In this document: positions 11,401 through 22,090 of the stretch, piece by piece | Layout of the letters: every line of letters starts with the position of its first letter | Numbering within the stretch: position 1 is the first letter of the stretch | Assembly: GCA_009859145.1 (NCBI GenBank) | Contig: VRVR01000010.1 | Span: 285,330-349,329 of the forward strand | Direction: 5' to 3' | Source of the DNA: Andalucia godoyi And28 | Taxonomy: Eukaryota > Protista > Jakobida | Length of the DNA stretch: 64,000 nucleotides | Made by a program: the position numbers and the translations under genes | Notes under the pieces: generated by a model | What the model was told of the DNA's origin: nothing | Seen by the model: only the letters and a program-made list of their open reading frames with translations | Database searches by the model: none

Positions 11401-14400
11401 GTTTGATCATCTCAGAGCCACCTTGCTTGAACGTTTCACGAAGCAAAATGGGTTCCAAAGAAGCAGGAAGCGATTCTCCGACATTTTCAATCAGTACAGG
11501 CTTTCCAAAACGGACTGCATTCTCCAGAGAACGAAGCATCTGTTCGTCAGTCAGTTTCAAGACTTCCAACCCATTCTCCTTCTCCGTGTTCTTCACCCAC
11601 TTGTTGGCTTGTCCCTGCGGATCGATCAGCAGCGGCCAGCGGGTGGACTTTGACAGAATGATTCCGTTCTCAATGGAAAGACCGTCCGTGGGAAGACCTT
11701 TGATTGTCCATTCACGAATCTTCACAGGATCTCCCAAGACCGAGGTGAGCTTCACATCAGACGTACAAACAATCTTCGCCTTCTGCAACGCAGCGATCCA
11801 TTCCTTGTACAACTCCTGACGAAAGAACGCCGTGAACGCACCGACGTATGCAATGGCACCCGACGCAACAATAACATCACCAATCACAGCCTTTTCCTGT
11901 TGTCCGAGGACTTCAACGGTATTGCGCCAGCGAATCTTTTCGCCGCCAAGGCCACCAATCAAACGCCCTGCACGATCCATCTTCACTTCGCATTCGCGAA
12001 CCTTTCGGCCGAGCTCATCCTTCTTTGCGACAGCCTCCGAAAACTTCAGTTCCAAATCGGCAATCTTTTCTTCGACAGTCTTCAGCGTCGCCTTCGCCTG
12101 CTTGAGGCGCTCCATGGTCTCTCCAAGCTCCTTTTCTGCAGCAGCCAATGCTTGACGCTTCGGTTCCACAGATTTGCTGACGAAATGATACTTGTACATG
12201 GCATGACACCATTGACACATGGAAGTACACGCCGTCGACACCTTGCGAATCTTGTCTGGAACGAAGTCCGGGGACTCAATGTACGGTCCGATCTTCTTGA
12301 TGACGGACTCCGCAATGTTGTCCTTGTCGTACTCAAAGAAGGAATCCAACAGTCCTCTGGCGTCCTTCAACAATTTGACGGACGGCTCCCAGTAGTCTGC
12401 AACCTTCTTTCCAGCCTCACCCACCATCTTTGGCTGCAAGTTCTTCAAAATGCAGATCGCTTCCATAACAAGCTTCACACCAGCAGGCGGGGTTTTGTAC
12501 GCAGCAACCTCTTGAATGTCCGACACTTTCAGACTCTTCAAACTTGAGACGGCAGACTCGAGGGCTGGGAGAGCTTCATCCAGGTCGCGCTGAGCATCTT
12601 CCTTGATGGCTTTGCACTCGCTGGCCTTTGCAGACGAATCGGCCTCCTCCTTCAAAACAACCTTTCTTGTTTCGTCGGCATCTGCCTTGTCCTTGGAAAT
12701 TTGAATCATCATTTCTTCCACCTGCCGAGAAGTCTCAATCAAAACCGGCTGCATTTCAGTCAGCTCGGTCTTGAGAATCGCAACATCCTTTTCCGTGGAC
12801 TCCAGTTTGTCCAATCCGACGACTAGACGTTTCTTGGCAGTCGCGACTTCCTCGCGCTTCAACGCAAGCATTCGCTTGAATGTACTCAGCAGCTGCAGAT
12901 ACGATGTCGGCGTCACGTAGTTGTAGCGACGTTCGGAAGCCAAGAACCGACCAGATGCACGCTCAACCGACTGATGAACGGATACACACATATCCACGAC
13001 AGACTTCACCATGGATTCGTCTCCCAGTGGAGTATCCTCGAACGCAGTCTGCGCCACAGAGCGCAATGCCTGATCCGGCCATTCAGAGAACCAGTCTATG
13101 GTGCAGCAGTTCACAAGCGCAGGGAACATACGAAGGCGAGTCCTGAAAGCTTCTCCAATCGGAGAGAAAGCAAGAATAATGTGGCCATTTTCTTTGCATC
13201 GCTTCACGAACCGAGCGAACATGTTGATCTTCGTCGGCATAATACCTTCTGCTTGGCATACAGGCTGCAACACAGAATAGATGTTGTCCATGTCTGCAGG
13301 CTCCATGATGTTTGGAACCTCACCCGAGTTCAGAAGGTTGTTGATATCTTCCAGGAACGACTCCTTGACAATCTGAGTGTCCGAAAACAAGAACACACAC
13401 GGCTTGTTTTCAACACCGGCTTTCATCAGCACCTTTCTCAAATCATTACGCCACTCCACCTTGCCATAGCCCTTGGAGATTTCAATTTGGAACACTTGGT
13501 ATTCCATAATAAACGATGCCACGCGAGCCAAGGACTGTCGGCCAGAACCACCGACACCGAGCAACAGAGCGTTCCCGCCTGGCTGGCGAAGAATTCGAGA
13601 GATCCTGCAAACGTGCTCAAGAGCATCCATGAACATAACAAGTTTCATAGGCTTGTTCATTCCCACGGAACTATTGTTGTAGTCGTCCAGAAACTCTTCG
13701 ACAACTCGCTGGAGCTTAGCAGCATCGGTAACTTGCTCGAAGGAACGGGTATCCATGTTCATAAAATCGGCGAATACAATGCGACCAAAGGAAGGTACGT
13801 TCATAATGTCCCGATTGAAGTCCAACTTAAACTTCTTCTTCACTTCCTCGCCAACAAGCTTATCGAACCACATACGATCCTGGTTGTCCACAAGCCGGTC
13901 GCGGAAAACACGAGAGCACTCGTGAGTCCAAAGACGCGCAAGATCAGCTGGCTCTGCCATCTTCTTCGGGTCTGCAGACATGAGGCCTTGAACGACCTTT
14001 GCCAAATCTCGCAAGTTGAAAGTATAGTGCGACTTCACAGGAGTGGGCAAAAGCTCTGCAAGCACAATGTTGTACACAGCAATCGATGCCTCAATCAAGA
14101 CATCCGCAAGACCATTCACAGCATCTGCAAAATTGTTTGCCTTCAAGAACGTGCTCAGAATCGTGGAGAAGATGCGTCGCATCGAATCATCTTCCATTTC
14201 TGGGAAGGAAACAAAATTAAAATGTCGTAGAAAGCGGTTCGTTACCGGGTTACGTCCTCCACCAGGCGGTCCCATGGCGCCGACAATGGTGGTATCTACG
14301 ATATTGCGAAACTCAAACTTGGCACGGTCATACCATCCACCATGATCCAGGAACTGGCGGAGCAGCTCAATCGGCGGTTGCGCACCGTACTCTTCGCGTG

Positions 14401-17400
14401 CGGGCATGTTCACATCGTCGACAAAGAGCAGATACTGCTTGCCAGAGGGCGGGCCATAGATACCCTTTCGACGCTTGTCCAGCTTTCCGTCGATGATGTC
14501 CTGCGTTTGGTTCGCGGATGTCTGGGCAGAAAACGCCATGAATTGCGGAATGAATTTGTCGGACATTCCTCTCATGAGTTTGTCGGCAATGGTCAGAGTC
14601 TTACCAGTGCCCGTCGGACCAACGCAGAGCACATGCTTGCCTTTTGACAGCAAATGCTCCAGAAGCCAAGAATATCGGATGGAATCCATGGTCGGAACGA
14701 TGATGTCCGAGAACTTGAGTTTCGGATCCAGTTGCACAGGAGGGACCGTTTCAATCCACGACTTCCACTGAATCGGGCCACGTCCGATCGAAGCCTTCCC
14801 CGCATCTTCCTCCTCGCCACCCGCACTAATTGCCTCGCCAAGATCAAGGTAATAGTCGTAAACAAGTCCGGTTTTCGGAATTGAGACACCGCTCTTCTGC
14901 TTGCGCAACAATTCTCGAAGGAACTGATCAAACTTTGGTCGCGAGGTCCGATCCAAAGCACCACCAATAGACCAAATAAGCGAGAACACAAAGATGGGTT
15001 CAATCTTCGAAGGGAACAGATCCAATACATCCTTGGCCGGTTTATAATCCTCCAATGGACGAGGACGAAGGGCAAACATGAAGCAATCAATCATTCTGAA
15101 GAACGAGCACACAAGATTGTTATCAACAGTCGGAACGTATTCTCGGCAGTTACGACGTACAAACTTGAGAGACTCGTAAAGGTACTGATCAAACAATTCC
15201 TGGAAACGCGGACGCAGTTCTACCACAGTCTCTGGAAGGGCATCCAGCCAAGATGACACCAGAGCTGCGTTACCAACGGAAGTGGCTGGTTCCATATAAA
15301 CCATACCACAACGAGACACGGTCGCAGGGGACGCAACTGACAGATCCTCCACCTCAAAGATGATATTCATCTTCCGGGACATGGGGATGATTTCGCCGGA
15401 TACCAGACACAACTTCTTGTTTTCATCCAGCACCGTGTTCATGGACTCGATCCACAGAGCATCCACAGGGCCGTCAAACAACAGCCACTTTCGCTTCTCC
15501 GACGCGTCGTACGCACACTCTCGGTACAGTGTCGCAAGGATACCGTCCGTCCACTCGTGTGTAGCCTCATCGAATTGCCCGTACAACTGACCCATTGTGA
15601 TCGATTTCGGATTGCAAATGCGGGTCATGATCTCGTCAAACTTGGCTAAGTGGTGGATTTTGCCCTGGGCTCTGGCGAGAACCTTCCGAGCGCATGTTTT
15701 CCCGGACCCAGTGGGACCAACCAACATGAGACCGTGACGGAGCACCGTGGTTTCAAAAAGCTGAATACATTTGGTTATGAAAGTGTCAACAGGCTGAAGA
15801 CCGAGTTCCTTGATCGATTCCTTGAGGGCGGAAAGCAAAGCACCGTAATCAGACTGCGGGAGTTCCACACCAGGGAACAAGTCCGAAATGATACCGTTGA
15901 AGAGCACAATATCGTCCGCCAAGAATTTCGGCAAATTGGAATCGCGGAGCGCACGGAGCAGAACAAGGTCTTCCAAAGCATTCGGTTCGTCCCTCTTGAG
16001 AAGACCGGCGGCATTGATAACTGTGTTCACGGCACGCATTCCGAAATCGTAGTGATCCTGAGAAGACAGTTGCTCTGAGGAAAGGCGGAAGGTCGCAACC
16101 ATCTTCTGAGCAAGTTTCTTTGCTTCCCGGAAGCCAAATGAAAACAGTCGAATTTCAGCAATGAGTGCGTAGTCCGGGACCATGCACGCAACCGGGCGGA
16201 AGAGAGCCTTCAAGTTGTCCGGCAGTTCTGTGCGTCCTGCATAACCAGGATTCATGGTGATAAACACTGCAAATGCAGGATTGACACGAATTTCAGTCCC
16301 CTCAAACACAATCTTATCAACACCCTGTCGAAGAGCTTGCGTGAGCGTGATCATTTGTTGCGCAACAACAGACAGAACTTCGACATCGATACGATTGAAC
16401 TCGTCAAAACACGCCCATGCTCCAGCCATCGCAAGACCTTTGAAGAATTTACCCATGGCGAGGTAGTCCAGTCCTTCCTGACAGTTGAAAACGACACACT
16501 GTTTGGCCAAGGCTTTTGCAAGATCCTTGACCGTCTCGGTCTTTCCCGTACCGGCCGGTCCGGCAGGTGCACCGCCCAAAAACATCGATAACGCGGAAGT
16601 CAACGTGAGATAGATACGATCCGTGAGTGGAGTAATGACCAGGCGCGATGTGTTTCCAAGATATTCATATCCATACTTGAACACTGACTCAACCTGCTTG
16701 ACCCACAAGTCCCTTCCATCCCACTCGTACCGCATCTGTGAAATCCATTCAAAGTCCGTGATTTGAGAAATACCAGCTTCTGCCATAGTAGCAACAACAT
16801 CACGAGCATGCACATCAATCGTAATCAGCGCACCGAGTGTAATACGAGAGAGAACGGGAAGGTCTCCACGAACGACCTCTGCAAGGTCCAGTAGCTGCTT
16901 TTGGCAAACTTGCCCGTATTCTTTGACCCCCTCAAGCCCCTTCTCCTCAATTGCCTTCCCACACTCTGTGGTCCAGAACACCTGCGAGCCGACGAGAACG
17001 ACTTGGCCGGCCCAATTCAACACCCACTTCTGGCGGGGAGTCGTGACGTAGTCCTTCAGGGACCCATCAATTTGAACTCGAATAGACTCGCACATCATAC
17101 GCTCCACAACGTTCAGCCACTCCTCAACGTTTCCTTTCGGATAAATCTTTTCCGCAAACGGAATGACTTCTCCCTCACCGGAATACATATGAGTCATGCC
17201 GTCGTCCGGCTGGAATTCCAGTTTCGCAACTGCCTCGAAACACTTGCGAAGGTGTTTCTGGACAGCACGGGGCTCGCGAGTCTGCGAAAGAATTTCCAAC
17301 AACTCATCATTGGACAAAAAATAGAAACGCGCGAATGCCTGTCGTTTTGTCTCAAGATAATCATTGAGACCCTTCTGAACAAGGTCTAGTAGTTTGTTGG

Positions 17401-20400
17401 ATTCTTGGAAATTGTCCAACAGTTTTGCGGTGCCCGTGCAGTAGGTCATGACGTGCGGAATCTTGAAGACTCCAGCCATGATCTTCTTCCACAGGCGGTC
17501 CACCGTTGCAAATCGCTTTCCTTCCATAGGAAGCTGTCGCATAATATCGTCGGACGAGAAGATAGGCTCCAGATATAACCAGTTACGCTGGCACGTGAGC
17601 CACTCTTCAAGAATGTCGGAACACAGACGAAGTTTCGTTTCCCAAATGGCAATACGCTCTTCAAAAGGTTTCTTGAAGGCCGAAAAGGACATGGACTGCG
17701 TCATAACAATATGATCGTCCAGCATTTGTCCAATTTCATCCGATCCCCTGATGACATAAGTACCCGTCTCTTTGTAAGGAAGAACCTCAAACTCAACGGG
17801 CTTCCATTCGTCCTCCATTTTGTCCAATGCACGCTCGATGTTGTACTCCTTTCCGGCAACATCGCAAATTTCGCTGATCTCCGCAGTTCTTTCATGAAGG
17901 CGCATATCAAACACATCTTTCAACGTTGCAATCGTGCCCCCTTCACCCGGCTGAATTCGGAAACCTAACTTGGCACTGAGCGCATCCCAGTGTCGTTGTC
18001 GCATACCAGGCTGGCGAAGGGACTGGATCAGCGGCAAGAACGGCTTAAAGTCGTCCAACTGCTTCTTGATCTCCTCAGCAATCGCAAGAATCTTGGGCTG
18101 CTCCTTGAAAGCTTTCATGCTCTTGAACATCACGCGCCAGGCGTTATTGACATTTCTGTCAATTTCCTCGGAGTTCAAAGACTCAAACGGGTCATGCATC
18201 CAGTCATGATACCACTTCGTCCAATCGGACGCGGAAACCCACATTTGGGCGTAGGGATCGAACTCCTTATTAATGGCGCTGATTGAGTCATATTCAGTAA
18301 CCCCACGCCCAAATAATCCTTCTCGACTGTTTGCCAACTTCGCCTGTTCTTCGCAACGCTTAACTTCCTTGATAAGATGCTTGACCTCTGCTGCGACTTC
18401 GTGCACCTTTGCCAAATCGGTGTGCTTGTTGAAGGTAGATACGGTACGAGAAAGTCGCTCGACCTCCTTGGACAGCGTCTCCTGATCTTTTTGGAGAGCT
18501 TGCGCGAATTGGTCGCGGGACTCGGCAATGATCTCCTCGCAATTCTCGATAACCTTCTCGACCTTGGATGGAATTGCCAAAGACTGCCAGATTCCCTTGA
18601 AGTCCTCTTCAGACACCGGAAACAGGAACTTCTCAAGGATTTCCAAATCCACACGGATGGCTCCCAGCGAAGGCTGCATCTTTTCGATCAACGACGGGAC
18701 AGTCTTCTTATACTCTTCAATTTCCACAACCTCCTCAATGTTCTTGGGACGTTTCTGCAGCTTCTGGAGCATGTCGGAATACTCGGTAGATACCTGTTTC
18801 ACGCGGGTTCTGGCATGCTTGGCAATCAACTCGAGAACCAACTTGACGAGTTCATCGCACTTGCGGGAGAGTTGAAGACGGATCGTCTTCAAGTCCATCA
18901 AAAAGGGACCGACAACAACGGTTGACTGAATCTTTTGGAGGATTTCCGCCTTGCGTGCCAAATGCTTTCGGACTTCCGTTTGCATTTCGTCAATCGTGTG
19001 GTCCTGTTCCTCATAAGCCGCCACATATTCGACAGGCTTCATTTTTGCGAGTTCACGATACTGTTCAAACGCGTTGATGTACTGCGTAAGCGCAAACACA
19101 ACGCTGTCAATGGCCTTGGAAATTCGCTCCTTTCCAGCAACAATGTGCGCCTCATCAGGCTGAGGGAATTCCAGAGTGTCCAAAGAAGGCCAGAAGAATT
19201 GATCCATGACATGTTGTTCAAGCCGAGGCACATCCTTCAAAACAGCCACACCTTTTAGGAACACCTGGACTGGCACTTCCACAAACCGTTGGGGATCTGT
19301 GGAAACCTTGAATTCTCCTTCGGATTCGACAAGGTCAACTGCAAACAGTGGACGAATAGGAACATAATCCATATTCTTGGGGGTGCACACCATCTCCCCA
19401 GCCCCGATAACCTGGATATCGTAGCCAAACTGGTGCTCCACAAACTGCACATATCGCTCAACATTGGAGCGCACAAGATCTCGCAGCGCCTCTTCCATCA
19501 TGAACTTCATCGTGTTCATGAGGCGCTTCAGCTTTGACATCTCGTACGTTTCCCGGGACTGTTCCGCGAGATTCAGCCAACCCTTCCCGATAGGACGCAT
19601 GGCTTGCTTGACGCCAGTCTTGAGAATGTGGATCCAGTTCTCCCGAAGGTACGTCAAACACTGATTCGCGACTGCGCTTTGCAGTTGCTCGTACTCATCG
19701 ATTCTGAGAGTCTTTGTGAATTCGATTTGGTACAATCGCTCATGTGCAATTCGCAGGCACTCCGACCGTACGGCCTGCAGTGCCTTGATGACTTCCGGAA
19801 CCAGGTACGTTGAAAAGGAAAACGATTTGAAATGGTCCACAAAGTCATGGGGCGGAATTGGGAGCAAGCCATAGTCTGGAACAGGGGGCTGCGCTTCCTT
19901 TTCTGGCAGCTGCAGAGAAGCAAACAGGTCCTGCTGCGCCGGATCGTGGATGGATTCTTCAAAAACAATTCGATTCATCGCTCTACAATACTCGACCGAA
20001 GATTCGTCCACAAGTTCTTGGATGTTCAGCCTGGGCTGCGCTGCGACAAGGCGCTGTGTGTTGAAGGACAGACGAAGGACGGACGCAATCTGACGTTCGG
20101 GCATTGGTGGAATATCATCTGTAGGCATGTTGTCAATGTACAAGTTGTAACGCAATACTGCTTCAGCTTGTGCACGCGCATGATGCGCGAATGCTACACG
20201 ATCTGCAAAACGTGCGGGATCCTCTGTTTTGAAGTAGCAGTTGATCCTGGGAACGCGAAATGCCACATAGTCGCCCTCTATTCTGGCAATATACATCATT
20301 TGCTTGGGATCATAAGCAAAGACAATACAGTCCTTCCATGCCCCAGTCTGTGTATCCTCATTCCACTGCAAGATGCGTGCTGGCTGCTCGACTTCGACCC

Positions 20401-21019
20401 ATTCTTCGGGGTTTCGAACATCAAAATCGGTGTTGTCAAATGCCTCCAAGGGCAAATACGATTTTTGGGCAGGCGGCATTGCATAGTTGATACCCCGCTC
20501 CTCCAGAACCTTTTCAAGATCGACGGATGCGTAGAGTCTCCGGCGTCTTTCGATTTCCACCTTTCGAGGCACCTGTCCAGGACCGCTGACGAATGGAATC
20601 ATCACTTTCGGCTCGGCCTTTCGTTGCTGACCGATTGCAAGACTCTTCAAAATTGCAGACTGACCAGATCCATTTTGAGCGTGAGAGCTTGGTGATCCAA
20701 GAGCAAACGACGCCGCAGAAGGAACCGTTTTTTGAATTCGCGGAGAAACCGGATGGACATTCCCTCCAGCAACTCCTGCATCATGCAGACCAGATGCAGA
20801 CGGCGACGAATCCGACATGGAGAAAAAACCGCGCGCATTGGGCGACTGCAAACTGGTAGCAGTGGGAGATGCGCCCAATGCTCTGGGAGACTCTGAGCCG
20901 AAACCGCCGATAGGAGGAAGCGGTGCAGAGCCGTTGAGAGGTTGTCGAATCGACGACTTCAATTTGGAAGCTCGCATTGCCTTGAATTCCTCTTGCGAGA
21001 TTTTGCTGGGGGAGCTCAT
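8438..21019 (-). CDS. DNAH1: Axonemal inner-arm dynein heavy chain, DNAH1-type (4193 aa from MSSPSKI)
   Basis: P-loops GPAGTGKT, GPTGSGKT, GPTGTGKT, GVGGSGRQS; C-terminal AGTLSTTGHSTNFV; N-terminal LPLEAFDNTDFDVRNPEEW segment typical of DNAH1-class tails; one uninterrupted ORF. Confidence 0.93.
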   Translation of the reverse strand: MSSPSKISQEEFKAMRASKLKSSIRQPLNGSAPLPPIGGFGSESPRALGASPTATSLQSPNARGFFSMSDSSPSASGLHDAGVAGGNVHPVSPRIQKTVPSAASFALGSPSSHAQNGSGQSAILKSLAIGQQRKAEPKVMIPFVSGPGQVPRKVEIERRRRLYASVDLEKVLEERGINYAMPPAQKSYLPLEAFDNTDFDVRNPEEWVEVEQPARILQWNEDTQTGAWKDCIVFAYDPKQMMYIARIEGDYVAFRVPRINCYFKTEDPARFADRVAFAHHARAQAEAVLRYNLYIDNMPTDDIPPMPERQIASVLRLSFNTQRLVAAQPRLNIQELVDESSVEYCRAMNRIVFEESIHDPAQQDLFASLQLPEKEAQPPVPDYGLLPIPPHDFVDHFKSFSFSTYLVPEVIKALQAVRSECLRIAHERLYQIEFTKTLRIDEYEQLQSAVANQCLTYLRENWIHILKTGVKQAMRPIGKGWLNLAEQSRETYEMSKLKRLMNTMKFMMEEALRDLVRSNVERYVQFVEHQFGYDIQVIGAGEMVCTPKNMDYVPIRPLFAVDLVESEGEFKVSTDPQRFVEVPVQVFLKGVAVLKDVPRLEQHVMDQFFWPSLDTLEFPQPDEAHIVAGKERISKAIDSVVFALTQYINAFEQYRELAKMKPVEYVAAYEEQDHTIDEMQTEVRKHLARKAEILQKIQSTVVVGPFLMDLKTIRLQLSRKCDELVKLVLELIAKHARTRVKQVSTEYSDMLQKLQKRPKNIEEVVEIEEYKKTVPSLIEKMQPSLGAIRVDLEILEKFLFPVSEEDFKGIWQSLAIPSKVEKVIENCEEIIAESRDQFAQALQKDQETLSKEVERLSRTVSTFNKHTDLAKVHEVAAEVKHLIKEVKRCEEQAKLANSREGLFGRGVTEYDSISAINKEFDPYAQMWVSASDWTKWYHDWMHDPFESLNSEEIDRNVNNAWRVMFKSMKAFKEQPKILAIAEEIKKQLDDFKPFLPLIQSLRQPGMRQRHWDALSAKLGFRIQPGEGGTIATLKDVFDMRLHERTAEISEICDVAGKEYNIERALDKMEDEWKPVEFEVLPYKETGTYVIRGSDEIGQMLDDHIVMTQSMSFSAFKKPFEERIAIWETKLRLCSDILEEWLTCQRNWLYLEPIFSSDDIMRQLPMEGKRFATVDRLWKKIMAGVFKIPHVMTYCTGTAKLLDNFQESNKLLDLVQKGLNDYLETKRQAFARFYFLSNDELLEILSQTREPRAVQKHLRKCFEAVAKLEFQPDDGMTHMYSGEGEVIPFAEKIYPKGNVEEWLNVVERMMCESIRVQIDGSLKDYVTTPRQKWVLNWAGQVVLVGSQVFWTTECGKAIEEKGLEGVKEYGQVCQKQLLDLAEVVRGDLPVLSRITLGALITIDVHARDVVATMAEAGISQITDFEWISQMRYEWDGRDLWVKQVESVFKYGYEYLGNTSRLVITPLTDRIYLTLTSALSMFLGGAPAGPAGTGKTETVKDLAKALAKQCVVFNCQEGLDYLAMGKFFKGLAMAGAWACFDEFNRIDVEVLSVVAQQMITLTQALRQGVDKIVFEGTEIRVNPAFAVFITMNPGYAGRTELPDNLKALFRPVACMVPDYALIAEIRLFSFGFREAKKLAQKMVATFRLSSEQLSSQDHYDFGMRAVNTVINAAGLLKRDEPNALEDLVLLRALRDSNLPKFLADDIVLFNGIISDLFPGVELPQSDYGALLSALKESIKELGLQPVDTFITKCIQLFETTVLRHGLMLVGPTGSGKTCARKVLARAQGKIHHLAKFDEIMTRICNPKSITMGQLYGQFDEATHEWTDGILATLYRECAYDASEKRKWLLFDGPVDALWIESMNTVLDENKKLCLVSGEIIPMSRKMNIIFEVEDLSVASPATVSRCGMVYMEPATSVGNAALVSSWLDALPETVVELRPRFQELFDQYLYESLKFVRRNCREYVPTVDNNLVCSFFRMIDCFMFALRPRPLEDYKPAKDVLDLFPSKIEPIFVFSLIWSIGGALDRTSRPKFDQFLRELLRKQKSGVSIPKTGLVYDYYLDLGEAISAGGEEEDAGKASIGRGPIQWKSWIETVPPVQLDPKLKFSDIIVPTMDSIRYSWLLEHLLSKGKHVLCVGPTGTGKTLTIADKLMRGMSDKFIPQFMAFSAQTSANQTQDIIDGKLDKRRKGIYGPPSGKQYLLFVDDVNMPAREEYGAQPPIELLRQFLDHGGWYDRAKFEFRNIVDTTIVGAMGPPGGGRNPVTNRFLRHFNFVSFPEMEDDSMRRIFSTILSTFLKANNFADAVNGLADVLIEASIAVYNIVLAELLPTPVKSHYTFNLRDLAKVVQGLMSADPKKMAEPADLARLWTHECSRVFRDRLVDNQDRMWFDKLVGEEVKKKFKLDFNRDIMNVPSFGRIVFADFMNMDTRSFEQVTDAAKLQRVVEEFLDDYNNSSVGMNKPMKLVMFMDALEHVCRISRILRQPGGNALLLGVGGSGRQSLARVASFIMEYQVFQIEISKGYGKVEWRNDLRKVLMKAGVENKPCVFLFSDTQIVKESFLEDINNLLNSGEVPNIMEPADMDNIYSVLQPVCQAEGIMPTKINMFARFVKRCKENGHIILAFSPIGEAFRTRLRMFPALVNCCTIDWFSEWPDQALRSVAQTAFEDTPLGDESMVKSVVDMCVSVHQSVERASGRFLASERRYNYVTPTSYLQLLSTFKRMLALKREEVATAKKRLVVGLDKLESTEKDVAILKTELTEMQPVLIETSRQVEEMMIQISKDKADADETRKVVLKEEADSSAKASECKAIKEDAQRDLDEALPALESAVSSLKSLKVSDIQEVAAYKTPPAGVKLVMEAICILKNLQPKMVGEAGKKVADYWEPSVKLLKDARGLLDSFFEYDKDNIAESVIKKIGPYIESPDFVPDKIRKVSTACTSMCQWCHAMYKYHFVSKSVEPKRQALAAAEKELGETMERLKQAKATLKTVEEKIADLELKFSEAVAKKDELGRKVRECEVKMDRAGRLIGGLGGEKIRWRNTVEVLGQQEKAVIGDVIVASGAIAYVGAFTAFFRQELYKEWIAALQKAKIVCTSDVKLTSVLGDPVKIREWTIKGLPTDGLSIENGIILSKSTRWPLLIDPQGQANKWVKNTEKENGLEVLKLTDEQMLRSLENAVRFGKPVLIENVGESLPASLEPILLRETFKQGGSEMIKLGDSVIPYHPDFRLYITTKLRNPHYSPETCVKVTLLNFLITPDGLQDQLLGIVVAKERPDLEEMKNQLVVSNARMKKELKTIEDEILRMLSESSGDILEDEALINTLAKSKETSVEINAKVAEAEETEKAIDTTRGGYRPVAVRAAILFFCVADMAAVDPMYQYSLQWFVRLFISAIDNAEKGSLTAEEEPQYKDDDAGREGLILQRRLKFLNDYFTYSLYLNICRSLFEKHKLLFSFLLTTRILQGADLIDGEEWRFLLTGGVSTEVAVPNPAPSWLMPNVWAELNDLSGLPRFQGFASDVFAKNIGHFEKYFESANAHRFPLPGDWETKFDQLQKMLVLRCLRPDKVTEAVQDYVAAQLGGKFIEPPPFDLPGSYADSSPTVPLIFVLSAGADPASELFRFADEKGFTKKLNSISLGQGQGPIAERLMADAMERGGWILLQNCHLATSWMPSLERIVENFAPEKMHRDFRLWLTSMPSEKFPVSVLQNSVKMTNEPPKGLRANLRGSFVPLDQNFLDDCKKPDAFRKLLFALCFFHAQIQERRKFGPLGWNIRYEFTNGDLLVCMKQLKMFLDKYEEVPFKVLRFLFGQINYGGRVTDDWDRRLLLTMQNSAISQAILVPGHSFSDSGIYHTLKGPEHGEPDTLLEDYLEYIKGLPINPAPEVFGLHENADITCAQAETRDMMELILSLQPRTSGGAGSKSREAVIEAVATDILNRVPDAWHVGDVMEKYPTTYAESMNTVLVQEVIRYNKLLVAMRRSLQDILKALKGLVVMSGELEAMGTSLFNNQVPKLWSSKAYPSLKLLSSWTSDLLQRLDFINSWIQTGMPTVYWISGLYFPQAALTGILQNYARKYKVAVDSVSFDFVVMPAYQVSEISGKPEDGAYMRGLYMEGARWDPVDKCIGDSKPRELFAPMPILWFKPVQNRVKPPAGTVYECPVYKTVSRAGTLSTTGHSTNFVLSVEFPTRVDPSVWIKRGCAAFCALAT

Positions 21020-21733
21020 TTTCCTGATATGGTGATCACCAAAAGCAAGCACTCCAACAAGATACCAACAGGCTAGAAAACAGGCAGAAGAAAAACGGCA
21101 GAAGAAAAAGGGAACAAACAAGGAAAAACAATCGAATGATGAAGAAGGATGTATGACAAATAACAAGAAGAATAGCAATGATGGAAAAAAAATTATATAT
21201 GTGTGAAAGAGTCGACTGTCTTGCTTTTGTATTTTTTGTCGTTTTTCTTTCTCTCGTTACTTTTTTCGTGGAGAGATTTTGGCAGTGTCTGAAGAAGGGA
21301 AAAGAGGGGAATGAGGGACAGCCAGGAATGACTGACGGTTGTTGGAAAGGTGGAGAATGGGAAATGTCATTTCTGTCATCATGATGACATTTGGTCTGCT
21401 CTTACCGGCGAAAAACATATCACAAAAAACAAAAAAAACCCGCTGCCACTTTTTGCGATATGATGAAGCAATCTACAGCGCACGTAAACGAAAACACTGC
21501 CACGCACCGTGCGCATGCGCATGCGTTTGTTACGGTATCTTAAGCAGCTCCGTCACACGATGCCCGGTTCGTTTCGCCTCCCATTTTGATCATGAAATCC
21601 CTATAAACACGCCACCGCGTTGCATTCTCGCACAGCGACGCTCATTTCTTATTTTTATTGTCCATGCAACGCACCATGTACGTCACGCCCGCAACGCTGC
21701 GCAAGACCCATGACAATCTCCACCGCCACCTTC

Positions 21734-22090
21734 CGGCACTGGATCTGATGCAAAACGGCGCGGCAGATGTTGACATGGGGCCATTATCAATTCCAGCAGC
21801 GGCTGCTCTGTAAATCGCGCGAATTCGCGGGGGCGGCAGGTGTCGATTGTGACTTGTGACGGAGGAGTACACGTCTAAAGCGTGCGGCCGCTGCGGGGAA
21901 ATGCATCGCAAGATGTATGGAGGCAAGGTGTGTTTTGTTGCCCATCGTGCAAATGCACGGTCGACCGCGATTGGAACGGCGCGCGCAACATCTACATCTA
22001 TCTTAGGAACGTCTCTCATGCCGAGGGGCGTGTTGGGGCCTACCCCCTTCCAATCATGCTATGCATGTTGTTTGATTATGGGTGATCAGC
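21734..22090 (+). mobile_element. Degenerate Fanzor/TnpB (Fanzor2-like) 3' fragment: RuvC-II to RuvC-III, Zn finger and probable right end
   Basis: Across frameshifts: KTARQMLTWGHYQFQQRLLCKSREF, VTEEYTSKACGRCG, FCCPSCKCTVDRDWNGARNIY, and a LGPTP-type terminus. The right boundary is approximate. Confidence 0.85.

Noticed and set aside
21020-21178. Hydrophobic N-terminal extensions predicted by the ORF track for dynein (also tubulin, AGO, PRTase, ARPC5)
   Set aside because: They arise from translating pyrimidine-rich or microsatellite upstream DNA from non-ATG or upstream starts; the conserved proteins begin at downstream ATGs.
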